A stretch of 64,000 nucleotides of DNA from Kudoa neothunni. Taxonomy: Eukaryota > Animalia > Cnidaria. The position numbers and the translations under genes are program-made. The stretch is from the NCBI GenBank assembly GCA_964304625.1, contig OZ199840.1, forward strand, positions 2,344,787 to 2,408,786, given 5' to 3'. Below are positions 1 to 12,448 of the stretch, piece by piece (the stretch's first letter is position 1; each line of letters begins with the position of its first letter). Under the pieces are notes generated by a model that worked only from the letters and a program-made list of their open reading frames with translations, was not told the DNA's origin and did not search any database.

Positions 1-20
1 ATTCAAATACTCTTAATTCA

Positions 21-109
21 TTTTGAATTTAAAGTGACCTTGGCCTACTCTAGGCTTTACCTACTTGACCGGACAAAGAAACCTACGAGACTCGGGGCTT
101 TTTCGCTAG
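21..109 (+). mobile_element. Helitron 3' terminus (family H1); element extends beyond the window start
   Basis: Homologous to the ~90-nt module (TGACCTTGGCCTACTCAAGGC...hairpin...TTTTCGCTAG|T) also ending at 8977, 9671, 38565 and 58736; CTAG at 106-109 followed by T. Confidence 0.75.
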
Positions 110-704
110 TAATTTGGTAAAATGACAAATAATTGGCACGATGTAGTTTTCAAAAAATTTCATTTAATCTTCCGAGCGCTCCAAAAATTACTATACACAT
201 TGAACTTATGGGGTCATATACGACCTCCATTTTCTTAGACCTTTTTAATTAAATAATATTAATAAACTTATTAATAAAATCTACAAAAAATCTATCGACG
301 ACTTAATATCGAATTTCGAATAAACATACAGAAGAAGGAAATACGATTAGATCCGAGCTGGAATAAAATATCGATTTGTTTATTAATATCTCAATTTTTG
401 GTCATTTCCACTATATTTTGTTGTGTTTAACTCCCATTAGCCAATTATTAAATAAACCTATATTTTATATAGGTATCTCTAATGCCATGTTTGTAAAATT
501 AAGTATTTAACAACGCAGTATATAATGATTCAATTGTTTGGATCCAATGATTGTAAAAGGATCAGTGATAGAATAAGACATTTAAAAAATGACCGAATCA
601 AAAATATATGACTAGCAGCACATGAACAAATTAAAAATATAACAAATAACCAAAACACATTTATATCAGAGAGAAAGTATACTAATAACCAAGGAAGTCT
701 ATTT

Positions 705-2256
705 TTTATGTTCCGATGAACATTCTTGGCAAACAGACAATGAATGATGCTTACAGATATCTTTCAAACACGGAGCACATGAAGTTCTAACTTATATATC
801 AATATTTCTGGGACATTTGGAACATCTTTGTCGGGTTTTTAAGATAGAGATGTGATGATTTATTGTAATTGATCGTTTAGGACTTGAAAATTGATTGCTT
901 GAAAGAAATGGTTGAACAAGTATGTCAGCAAGATTTTCTAAGAATTGGGCCCGCTTGATTCAGTTATCATTAAATACGATCTTATACAAACAATAGACAT
1001 TAATAAGACTAATATCGAGAATGTTGAAGACCACCACCGTCGGCCAACGTTTCGTATGTCTTTTGACGCTAGTTAGTGCAAGTATTCGATCAACCGTATC
1101 AACACCTCCTTTAGGTTTATTGTAGAATGTGATAATTCCCGGTTTTTTGCTTATCCGTGAATATACCGTTTTAGACGAAATAACTAACAATAGGACTGTC
1201 ATATTTTTCATGGGTCCACAAGAAATTAACACTTTTCCATTGAATAGAAAGAGAAAACTATATACCACTTTTGATTTATTCGCCTTCATCAATTCAGGAA
1301 TGTCCCGTTTATTAGCCCGTATTGATCCAACCATAGTTGGTCCTTGATTAAGTAATTTCTCAGCAAGGGGTACTGAGATAAAATAATTGTCAAACAAAAT
1401 GTTTCTACCAGTTGATTTTAAATGAGATACAAGGTCTAACACAACGGTTTCACCCATACATTTAACACTTTGATCGTTAACTTTTCCCAAGTAGGCGAAG
1501 ATGATATGGCAAAAATTTGATCCCATAAACAACCGGTATCGATGGCATATATTGCTTAAAGGGGCATTTACCTCTAATAGCAACTAATTTCTCTTCAACG
1601 GTCAGGTCAGAATGTGGTATCAAACATTTTGAAAGTACCTCTTTCCAATTCTCAAAAATTTCGCGAATAGGAAAAAATTTGTCAAGTTCTCTTCTTGCAA
1701 GTCTGGTGTTATAATCGTCAAAATGGAGTGCTCTGATAATTTCAATAAACCTTATGATAGGAAATATTTGATGAAATATGTCTCTACCCTCATCTAGACC
1801 CCACAACGACTTTAACAGCTCCAGTTTCGATTCGAGTATCGCCATGTATACAAGAATACCCATATAGACCCTAAATTCTATTTTTGATAACTCTTTCCAG
1901 CATTCTTTACAATGATGTACACCGAATTTATTTGTGTTCTTTACAACGATTTCATAAAAAAATTTTTATTGATAAATATGCAGAGGCAATCCACTAATTC
2001 AGATATTCTGTGCTTCGAACATGGTAACGTCTGGAGCTATATCTATGATATTCTCCTTGCATACTCTGGATGATTTAAGCATCTCTGAAATCCATACTGC
2101 ATAATTTTTGTCGTAATGCAAACTCGAATTAACGACACTTTTATCTGAATTAGAATCTGATGAATCGGACTCAGCATCACTATACTGAATGGTATCAAAA
2201 ATTTCTCTACAGTCACTCTTAAAATAGGTGGAATATTCTTCGTCAAAACTATCCAT
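705..2256 (-). pseudogene. piggyBac transposase (PGBD4-like, DDE_Tnp_1_7), frameshifted
   Basis: ORFs 1999-2256, 1477-1863 and 960-1583 carry RGKCPFKQYMP, DNYF, GGVDTVD and RWP motifs. Confidence 0.9.
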
Positions 2257-2986
2257 AATTCTAAATTAACCCTCTTCACCATTACTCGTATGAATTCGGT
2301 AATGTTTTTTCCTGGTTTCCTCTTTATTTTAACGATAAAATTCTATATAACTTTGGATGATGATACAATTTTTTCGCATTATTTACTGAAAAAACTTTGG
2401 TCATACATGTCCCCCAAACACAAAATGTATAAAGTACAAATATCTTCCTATTAATTTTGATAATTAACCCTGCGTCGCACGTACAACAAACTTAACGCGA
2501 ACGCATGCATGGAGTCCATTGGGCCCCATGAAGAAAAACTCGATTAACCCTTCCGGTACCAACTGGGTTATTTCAGAGACCCCACATTACCTGTTTTGTT
2601 TCTAAATCCAAAAATCAGCTTTTGATAGTCTTTAAAATTTCAGAATACCTCTATTACTATTATTTAGATGTTTTGATGAAAATATTTTTTATAATATAAT
2701 TAAATCTAATGAATAAATTCAAAAATAGTATTAGAGTTTATTTTTAATGAATCGGATTAGTTTTCTAATGTTACTTATTTGTTATATAAATGTTAAAAAA
2801 GCATTATCACCCGAAAATTTGATAACATCCGTTCTATTATACAAAAAAATGGTGCGCTTTCCTAAATATTACCGCCCACAAACTAACGAGGATTAATCCG
2901 ACTAATCCGCGTATTTAACATTTCTTGCGGATATTAAGGTAGCAATTGTTAAATAACTTTTTTTGAGGCATCGGTAATACTTAGTA

Positions 2987-4719
2987 TGAGACTAGAAAAA
3001 AACCATTGACGATATTGAAAAACATGTTGAAGATTCTTCTCCTATAGATAATGATAGTTGCTCAGAATATGAAATATCTGAATCAGATGATTGTGTTATT
3101 AGTGATATAGATAGTGATGAAGATTTTCAAAATGACGTTAAATTTGCTCTAATAAATCCTAATAATGATTTTATTTTTTCTTCCCATCTAGTCTAGTCTT
3201 GAATGGTCCAAAAGAATTTGTTCGAAAACGAGAACTAAATCACATAACATCGTTACTTCATCCACATGCATTTTAGAGGAAGCGAAAAATATTACGTCCA
3301 TTTATGATGCCTCTGAAGTATTTATGTCGAATGATATAATTAAAGAGATAGTAAAATATAGCCAAAGATACTGCGAAGAAATTAATCCAGAGACATACGC
3401 GACAATATCTAAAAATGAAATAAAAGCATTTATAGGCATATTAATTGCTACTGGGCATTCAAATGATAAGATGTTTGCTTATAGGAATATGTGGGATGGT
3501 AGTCCATTATTCAAACAATTATTCTTCCTCGCAGTGATATCCAGAAACAGATTCACTTATCTTTATAGAAACATCCGTTTCGACGAAAAAGCAAATAGAA
3601 TTTATCGGTTTCAAACTACAAACTACAAATTCGAACCTTGCCGCCAAATTTTCCATCTATGTAATGAATATTGCCTAAAATATTATTCATCATGCGCGCA
3701 TATCACAGTGGATGAAAGATTAGTAATGTTTATGGGTAAATGTCCGTTTCGGGTACACATGAAGAGCAAGCTCGGACGATTCGGGACCAAACTTTGGTTG
3801 GCTGCTGACTTAGAAACGTCATACCCATTAAACATTAAACCTAATACTAGGAAGATTGGTGAAACAAGGGAAATAAATCAGGCTGAAAATGCTGTTACAA
3901 GACTTGTCTCCCCATTTTATGGAACTGGCCGAAGGGTGACCGTAGACAACATTTTTACATTCGTTTCTTTAGCCACGAAACTCTACAAAGAGAACCTGAC
4001 ACTGACAGGAACAATTAGGTCGAATAAACGCGATGTCCCCAACGAATTTTTAAAATCGCCATGTCGAGAGGTTTTCTCCTCTCTGTTCGTGTTTTCTGAT
4101 GATTTTTCACGTACTTCCTATGTACCCAAAAAGAACTATGCGGTCAATATACTGTCTACCGAATATCTTGACTCTTTAACAGGGCATATAGAAAAAGAAC
4201 AACGGTGATTCTTCACTATAACAAAACCAAAGGTGGTGTTGATAGTGGGGACTAAACGACCCAGTCATACTCCTGTTCGCGATCTGCTCGTAGATTGCCA
4301 CTCAACATTTTCATGGAAATCATTGATATGGCTGCGTTGAACGCATATATTATTTGGATCCAAAAAAATTCTGATTGGGAATAAAATGATCGTAGCAAGC
4401 GACAGAAACTTATTCGCGAGCTTGTCATAAAATTGGCAACACCCAATGTAGCACATCGTCATGAGAATTCTCATATTCTTCAATCCCACATGAAGTATGG
4501 ATTCCAATTTTTTGAAATCTCCACCAATAATGGCGCTTTGATGATATCTGAATTAAATTCCACTCAACAATCAAATAGAAATAGATGCCATTTTTGTCCT
4601 CGGAATAAGGATAAAAATCCAGCCTGGGATGTTTCAACTGTTTCAAATTTGTTTGCATAAAACATAGAGTAAAAAGAAATATTATTTATTGTTTGGAATG
4701 TTCCAATACTTTGGAATAA
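2987..4719 (+). pseudogene. piggyBac transposase (PGBD4-like) with stops and frameshifts
   Basis: ORF 3324-4208 has TVDERL and TVDNIF; downstream YNKTKGGVD and a C-terminal RCHFCPR Cys-rich domain lie in other frames. Confidence 0.92.
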
Positions 4720-5321
4720 ATCGTGTTAATATATTTTTTTATTCGAAATATGTTTGCAGATTATAAATTAAACACTAATTTTCAATAATATCTGAGTACA
4801 ATATGTAATTCACTTAACGATCTCTAATGCATTAACATTTATGACATAATTTTAATCTATTATAATAAATAAATTCCGCCAGTCTTTACGGATCTACAAT
4901 TTTTTAATTTGTGCACAGTCATGTCATTCGGGATTAAAAATATCGGGCTTTTGAAAAAAAGAATAAAATTAACCTCGCTCTAGAGGAAAGAATAATTTTT
5001 TTACATAATAATCCTCTACTTTTCTAAATGATACCAAATGAATTTCGTAAAATTAAGAAAATGTCTACATAAAAATAGTTAGTCTAATTTCTGTTTTCGC
5101 TACTATTTTGCGAATTTCAAAAATAATAAAATAATGACAGAACGAAAGTGATTTTATTGTACATATTAACATTAAAAATAATTGCGTAAAAATTTAACAG
5201 ATATGTTGACTATTATTTTTGGTGTATTAAACATTGATGCTCAAATAATGCAAAGTGAAGCCACTAGGTCATTCATTGTTTAAAAATATTATCATTTTAT
5301 GTATTATTCTATGAAAGTAGC

Positions 5322-5538
5322 TATTGACACGGTAAATAATATTCAGAGGTCACTAATTTTGGCTATATTTAATTATTTTTATCCAACCGTTTCGCTTTTA
5401 ACGTCCAGGAATAATTAAATAGAGCAGATTCAAAACGATTAAATTTGTACAAAACTTGTGAGTATGAGTCGCTGAGATTAAAAATTTATATTGAGTAAGA
5501 GTACATGCCGTTTATGACTAAATTTTACCGTGTCTATA
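5322..5538. mobile_element. Possible MITE inside pB3
   Basis: 15-bp inverted repeat TAT(T/A)GACACGGTAAA (14/15 match) about 215 bp apart, with a non-coding interior. Confidence 0.4.
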
Positions 5539-8500
5539 ATACCTGCCCAATAAAATTCAGGAAATAATGTAGATCAGTATTGGATAATAGAAGTCTTCGC
5601 TCATATGGCTCAATAATTGATCAGAGCGGCCATCACATCAGCCAATCATTAGCTACGGCTTCACCGATTTATACCGAAAAGCGATGGGTATTTAGTGGTT
5701 GCGGTAGTCATGATTTTTTCTAATTATTCATAATTTTTTGATCATTAGTCTCCCAAATATCCTGTTCCAGTATAAAAATGATACTGTTTGCTATTTATGC
5801 TACATTTTGATGCATTTGTATCATTGTTCGTGTAATGGTTTTCGTCATGAACAAAATGATTTATGTATAGATCAAATAATAAAAACTAATTTTATTGGAC
5901 ATGAATTATCATATTTGCGTCTCTAATTTTTGGTGAAATAGTTTTGAGCAGATTGAACAAGTTTTAGGTGTATTTCGGCTGGGGTACATTAATGACCCCA
6001 GTTGGTCACCCGCGTTCTATTATGTAGTTGGTACAGGAAGGGTTAAATTGTCACATATATTATTTAAATTAAACTTTTTTAAACATTTGTCGCATATAAC
6101 GTTAGAGTGTCCCGTACAAACTTGATTTTGTCAGTTGTGACATGCAGTTCAGGGTTTTATCGTTTTGGCGAGGACACAAGTGACAACGTTTTTTGAGGAT
6201 TAAATTGTTGGATTCTTGTGAGAAATTGCATGTTGGTGGTTCAATAAAGTTTTAATTAAAATAAGTTATGTTCAAAACATTTTCTACAGATTTGCTCTTC
6301 CATAAGCTGCATAGATAACGATTTCAAAAATCTTTCCTTCTTATTTGTTTGTTCGATTTTATACAGTGAACAACAAAAGCGTTGATTGATACGACGTCTA
6401 ACAAAGTGTGAAATATTACTGCCGGCCATCTTCTGGTTGTTCGATAGGTGGAATAATTGGCACACATTTGGTCAACTGTATCAACACCACCCTTTGTAGA
6501 GTTATAAAATGAAATAATTTCTGGAATTTTTTTAGGATTTTCTAAGTCGACTATTGGTTTGTGATGTAATGTGCTCAACAAAATGACTAATTTATTCTTT
6601 TTGTGGACATATGAAAGTAGCGTCAACCTTGTAGTATATGCAAATTTCGATGAGTACAGCTCTTTTGTTTTTGACGCTAAAAATTCACCATGAATTTATT
6701 TTTTATTTTTTTTAAGTTCCTCAAACAATTATTCCATTTTTTAACAATTCTTGAAAAAGGGGAACAGAAGAAAACCAGTTATCTAAAGTGTTTCTGGCAG
6801 AACCTAAAATTTGTTGTGCTAGACGCATAACTACACTTCGAGCAGAATTATTTACGTTACTCTGAGCACCCAAATAAACCTCTAGGTTTAAAGTATAAAA
6901 TGTCTGTGAATCTGCCGTACGGAATATTTAAAGCCCATATTTTTCTGGCTTTTTGGCAGGTATTGTTTAAAAATACACCGCCCCCGAAATGATTTTAGCA
7001 TTTCATCAATGGCTAAATATTCTGAGGGGAATATTTTAAGAATTTTGTTTTGACGTCATTGAAAACATCTTTAATTTTTTCAAATTTATGATTAGCAGAG
7101 TCTGGCAAATTTTCCGCATAAAATAGACATCTTTTCAATAATTTGAATCTATTAAAACTGAAAACTTGGTTGCGTAATAGAACACCGAAGTCATCATGTA
7201 CCCAGAGTTCATTCATGTCGGTTAAATTTGCCTTTTTATTGCAAGAAAATAGTGCAAGCCAATTAATGCTTTTAAATCACATAAATCAAATTCCGTGCAA
7301 TCACGTTCTCGTTTGAAATCTGACTTAAGGTTTTTTAAATGGTTGTTGGTGTGATAAAGTATATTATTAAATGTTACATCTGTAAAAAATAGATTCCAGA
7401 CTTGAGATTCTGTGGTACTATTATTAGGAATTTATATTTGATTTTTTTTGTTTAAGATATCGTACTTCTTTTTAGAAAATAATCCAACAGGATTAGCTGA
7501 CAATTCAAAGTTCTTTCCATAAAATTTATCTTTCTTTCCATCAGAAGTTTCCAAAGTTGAGTATTTTTAGATATATCGGTTTCATCTATATCCTCGAATG
7601 ATTCAGAACCCGAATTATCTCTTTTTTTTCTAATATCAAATCATCACTACATGATTCATCGCTACGGGACTCTACATCGAATAGATAAGAATCGTTGCTA
7701 TCACGGTCAAGAAATTTTCTGAGATCCATCTAAGTTAACAGAAAAGTTAAATAAACAAAAATGTACTAATAGAACTGACCATTTAGAATTAAGTTAATTA
7801 AAACCAGAATTATAGGAGGCGAAAATTCGCGTGGGGTCCATCAGACCCCATACTTGCCAGGGAGGTTTAAAAACTTTTTTCTCATATTATATTGAGCGTT
7901 TGTTTTTAGGAAAATAGACATAACACCAGACATTTTTGGCTATATAACGGATATTAAAATCATGTTACAATATGCTTTGGGTCATGTATGATCCAAAGCG
8001 CTCGGAAAGTTAATGTACCGGCCATTGGCCTGAAAATTTTTCTGCTTACCGTGAGGAATTATTTTGTCGATTTCAATGAGATACTCTTTATCATTAAATT
8101 ATTTACATATATGAAGGTTAGAAGCACGAATATTCCTAATTTTTTAAATCATAGCCCCTGTTTTTGTGGTTACATTAATGTTTTCAGAGGCAGACAAAAT
8201 TGTTTCATCCATGCCTCAGTTATAAATAACCTTGCATAGTTCCTCTACCGTTATGTTTGTGAAGTGATGAAACAAATTCGAACCAAACAAAAGTTCCACT
8301 TCGAGGTGATACCTTAGTTTTATAGCTTCGAATTGTGAAACTAGTATTTAGGCATAAAATAGTTGATTTGGACAAAAAAACTAAACTAATAATCCGCATC
8401 ATTCCTTTCATATGATTTTATTTTACGCATCGACCTTTGAAGGTTTAGAATCCTTTTGTTGAAGGAAAACAATTGAAATTGTAGCAATTGTTACACCTAA

Positions 8501-8884
8501 AAGAAAAGGGAATCAGATATTCGTTTTCTACAAGTATATTAAACAATTTAAGGGAGTAATAAATCAATATAAAAATCTTCATCGTCAAAAAACTCGAAGA
8601 ACTCATTTTCTCTAACGCGCGGGAAATTTGATAAACTACTAGCTTAAATATTTTATACTTTTTCATTTAAATGCAACAAGGCATTACTAAAAATGATACT
8701 ATGGTGCATAATCAATTTAGAAGTGAGTGTATACAAAAAAAAATGTGTTTTCATTGGTTATTGGAAATTGTAGGAAGATTTCATTTGTATCGATGGTGTT
8801 GTATTCGTGATTTTGTAACAAAATTTGATATCATAACTGACTGAATTCTTCTTCTCTGTATTCATTTATTTTATTATAAACAAT

Positions 8885-8977
8885 CGTCAAAAGAATGATA
8901 AAATAATTATAATTGACTATGAACTTAAAATGACCATGGCATACTCAAGGCTTTAGTCTGCGGGGCTTTTTCGCTAG
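8885..8977 (+). mobile_element. Helitron H1 3' terminus (hairpin partly deleted; 5' end not located)
   Basis: Matches the 3' end of 37769-38565 with an internal deletion; ends CTAG 8974-8977 followed by T. Confidence 0.7.
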
Positions 8978-9671
8978 TCGACTGTATAGGAAAACCTGTA
9001 ATTCGTGTGTGTACGCATTTTTCATTCTTTATAGAGACATATGGCTCCATTTGAGCACACATATGGAAAGATAAAATTTTATTTTAACGGAAAAATACGT
9101 AAAAAATTATAAAAGGTTTGCAACCTGCAAATGACTAAAAACATTTTCACGTGGTATGATTGGGTTGATTTTGAGGATTTATGCAAACATACAGATCATT
9201 TTGTTAAAGTTATAAAAAGTTAATTTTAAATTTACCGTAGTGTTTATTTTACTTTTAGACTAATGATAAGTAATTTAGTAATTGAAATAGTTCAAATAAG
9301 GAAGGTAATATTAGGTTATGTATCCATGCATTAATATGAAATTCATTTGTTGATGTTTAACAAGATTAGTCTAATTCATATGGTATGATTTGGAGATTAC
9401 TACAAACAACAAGGAGAAAATCGATATTTTAGGAGCTCTATGTGGGTAATTCAAACGCTCAGTAGTGTTTATTCGTTTTTAAAAATATTAAACAAGGTTC
9501 GTGCATCCAATGAGTTAAATTAAATAAATCATCCGTTAATTGGGTAATCTTTGTAGTATTGATCTAAATACTCTGAATTTACTTTGAACTTCAAATGTCC
9601 TTGGCCTACTCAAGGCTTTAGTCTGCGTGGCGGGGCAAGGAAGCCCATGCGAAGCAGGGCTTTTGCGCTAG
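8978..9671 (+). mobile_element. Non-autonomous Helitron, head-to-tail after the previous one
   Basis: Starts TC; 5' motif CGTGTGTGT..TATAGAGAC is shared with other copies; 3' hairpin GCCCATGCGAAGCAGGGC then CTAG (9668-9671) followed by T. Confidence 0.7.
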
Positions 9672-9699
9672 TATATATAAATATATATATATATATATA
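9672..9699. repeat. (TA)n microsatellite
   Basis: Direct reading. Confidence 0.85.
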
Positions 9700-10262
9700 A
9701 TTTTCAAAGAATGATTATAACTCGATTACAAAAATAACAACAAGAAACTTATTTACATGGGAAGGAATTTGTTATTTTAGTTTGTTTGATATTTTTTTAA
9801 AACATTTTGAAAATTTAATTTTCTGCTGAATTTAAAATACTATTTCGGGAATAATCATGTACATTAAAAAAACATTTCAACTCCCTCACATATTCTAAAG
9901 AATTTTCGTAACTGAGAATATTCTTAATAGATCTTTCATCTTTTATGGATTTTTCGTATGTATCGGATGGCTCGCTAGCGTCATCATCATCATCGCCATT
10001 ACCATAATTATTGTTTGAACCTCAAACAATTTAACTAATTTTAAAATTTTATCAATTTCTATTATGTCGTTCGTTTTAACCGATGAAGGATGCTCACTAA
10101 ACTCAAGAATTTCGTATACAATAGTGTAAGGATGCAACGCAGATATTGGGAAGAGGAAAACCACCGCGCCGCATCCATTTTTGCGTTGCCTATATTATAA
10201 TAACGCATGCGTTTAAGCAAAATTAATACTTTGCTTAGATAATATAATTAATAATAAAATAA

Positions 10263-11392
10263 GGCTAAAGTTCAGAACAGGTCGAGGGATTAGACGTGAT
10301 TATAAATTAATCTTGCCATAATCTCACCAATGCAGCGAAGAAAACAAATTGAAAAACTAACTAAAGGTATATATTTCGCTGATTGTTTTTAGAGTTTATG
10401 ACAGTAGTTTCCCTTTAAATTTTAAATGGAACATAAATTCCGCAATATAAGATTCTAGCATTCCCTCTTTTTTGTTTGTAACCTTTCGATAAAATCTTTT
10501 AAAAGCGGACCAAGTTCCCTCTATTCGATTTGTATGATAGCCGTCCCTATTCACAAACTCTCTCATGAATCACCTTTTGATGAGCATACATATTATTGTT
10601 AGAAACATTATTATATCCCAACCAACCATCTGTGACAATATTCGAACCTGGCATTACATTGCGAGATATAATATCATCCAATATTATTGCGGTTCGGAGT
10701 TTCGTTTTCTCCATAAATACGTTTCCGTTACTGTCGATACCACCTACTATCCATGTTTGTTGATTTCTCAACAAACACCCAACATTTTCTTTCCTTTTAC
10801 ATACCAGACATTCGTCTGTTTGGACATTAACGCCTGGACCGCCTACCATCATTGAATTTTTCAAAAAATAATTAACATAGATGTCTCGAATAAAATTTTT
10901 CTAATCGCAAGCAGTGTGATTGGAACCTAATCGTGCTTCTCGACAGAGCGCTTCTTGGGAATTGTTTTTATAGATAACACAATAAATTATTATGAATATT
11001 TGATCTAAATCCAGTTTGGCTTTCTCAAAAAAAAGTCCCAGAGCGTAGCGAGGATTCCTTTCTGCATTTTTGGCAATAGAAACAATAATTATCCCTGTAT
11101 TTTGTTCTTCGTATAAAGTTCATTGGACTCCCACAGGAATGTACTTTTGAAGACGGCAGTAATTTGAGACGTTGCATCATCTTTACGAACCCTAGTTTGT
11201 TCTGATGAAAGTGTGGAATATCTCTCTCATTTATTTCATCGATGTTATCAATATCAAAACGTCCCAAATCAAACTCATTGACGTTCATTCTGAAGGTTGG
11301 TAGAAATCCTGCAACTTAAGGATTATTATTAATGCGGCAAATCTCATATGGCGATTAAGGGCTAATCCACCGACCTGTTCTGCACTTCAATC
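10263..11392 (-). mobile_element. Merlin (IS1595/ISXO2-like) element inserted in the TigA 3' region
   Basis: 8-bp TSD TAAAATAA (10255-62, 11393-400); ~30-bp TIRs with core CAGAACAGGTCG; Zn-ribbon ORF 11025-11288; VGGPGVNVQTDE and IVTDGWLGY motifs. Confidence 0.92.
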
Positions 11393-12403
11393 TAAAATAA
11401 TTTGAAAATAAACTGTTCTAGTTTTTCTTATTAAAATATTGTTCTATATTTCTGGTTTTAAAACAGCAGTTCAGATATTGGGTCATAGCCATTTCGAGTT
11501 TAGTTATGTTGCCAAGCATTGCCTGAATTTTAATCCGAAAGAATTTTCTAATTTTTGCTAGTGACTTTAATGCTTCTTGACTTGATATAACAATTAGGTC
11601 GATATCATCAGAATCATCATCATCCTTGTCGAAATCAGGGAAATCTAATGTCGTTACGATTTTAGAGTTGCCGACCGTGTCGCTTTCAAGAGTTTCGTTG
11701 GTGATACTTTCTTCCGTAGATTTTATGTACTACTTCTAATGACCCCTCTTCTTTAATCAGCCCAACTATGTCATCATTAAATGGATCATCATCAGAAACA
11801 TCGTCAGAATCATCATTTCGTGGACTTTCCGAGAGGAAAAATGATTTTCTAAAACAGTTGACTATGGTTCCATTTTTAACATATTCCCATGATTTGATTG
11901 TTAATTGAACAGCATCTAAGACATTAGCTAGGTACGGTGTAGCCATCCATTATCCTGAAATTCGATCTGATTTAAGAGTGACATCATTAGATGTCTTTTG
12001 TATATCATTTTAAAGTTTATAATAATTCCCTGATCCAATGTCTGAAGCACACTTGTTGTGTTCGGAGGGAAGTAGCAGAATGTAATGTTAGACAACATAA
12101 TGTTTGTATGGGCCGGGTAATTTTCAAGGAATAATAAAATTTTTATCTTAAAGACGGTAAGTTGTCTGTTCCAATTTGTAATAAAAGGCAAAAATTGAAC
12201 TGGTCATCCAGGCCTTTTTATTAGCGTGGTATTCTAGTGGCAATTATTTGAGACCATTGAAGCATCTTGGCTTGCTGAACTTTCTTTTACCAAAGGTGGG
12301 AGTTTTTCGCCAGTTAATGAGCACACGAACAAAATTGTAAGTCTTTTTGTAGACTGTTTGCATCCATTTTTATTTTTTTCGTTCACGAAAACATAACCAC
12401 GAT

Positions 12404-12448
12404 CTAATAAAATACTTCGATTAATCAAGCATCTTAATAATTATTAAC
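12404..12448 (-). other. 45-nt GT-AG intron in TigA transposase
   Basis: GTTAAT...TATTAG, phase 1; contains an in-frame TAA; splicing gives DETGPFYQMKHNRGYVF...KRLTILF. Confidence 0.75.

Larger units (their letters stand above)
2548..6042 (+). mobile_element. piggyBac pB3 inserted in pB2
   Basis: TTAA at 2544-2547 and 6043-6046; 17-bp TIR CCCTTCC(G/T)GTACCAACT; transposase ~2990-4720. Confidence 0.93.
2468..7866 (-). mobile_element. piggyBac pB2 inserted in pB1
   Basis: TTAA at 2464-2467 and 7867-7870; degenerate TIRs (11/16 match) plus a GGRGTCCAT..RCCCC palindrome at both ends; transposase remnants ~6050-7730 (YNSTKGGVDTVDQMC, TRRWP). Confidence 0.8.
168..8009 (-). mobile_element. piggyBac pB1 (decayed), outermost of a triple nest
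   Basis: TTAA at 164-167 and 8010-8013; TIRs TCTTCCGAGCGCT / CTTTCCGAGCGCT; transposase fragments ~705-2256 (LTVEEKLV, FDNYF, KGGVDTVD, Cys-rich tail); both ends are colinear with the copy at 53181-54999. Confidence 0.9.

Noticed and set aside
3324-4208. Domesticated PGBD/TIGD/ZBED/ZSWIM host genes
   Set aside because: All copies retain TIRs or TSDs and carry disabling mutations.
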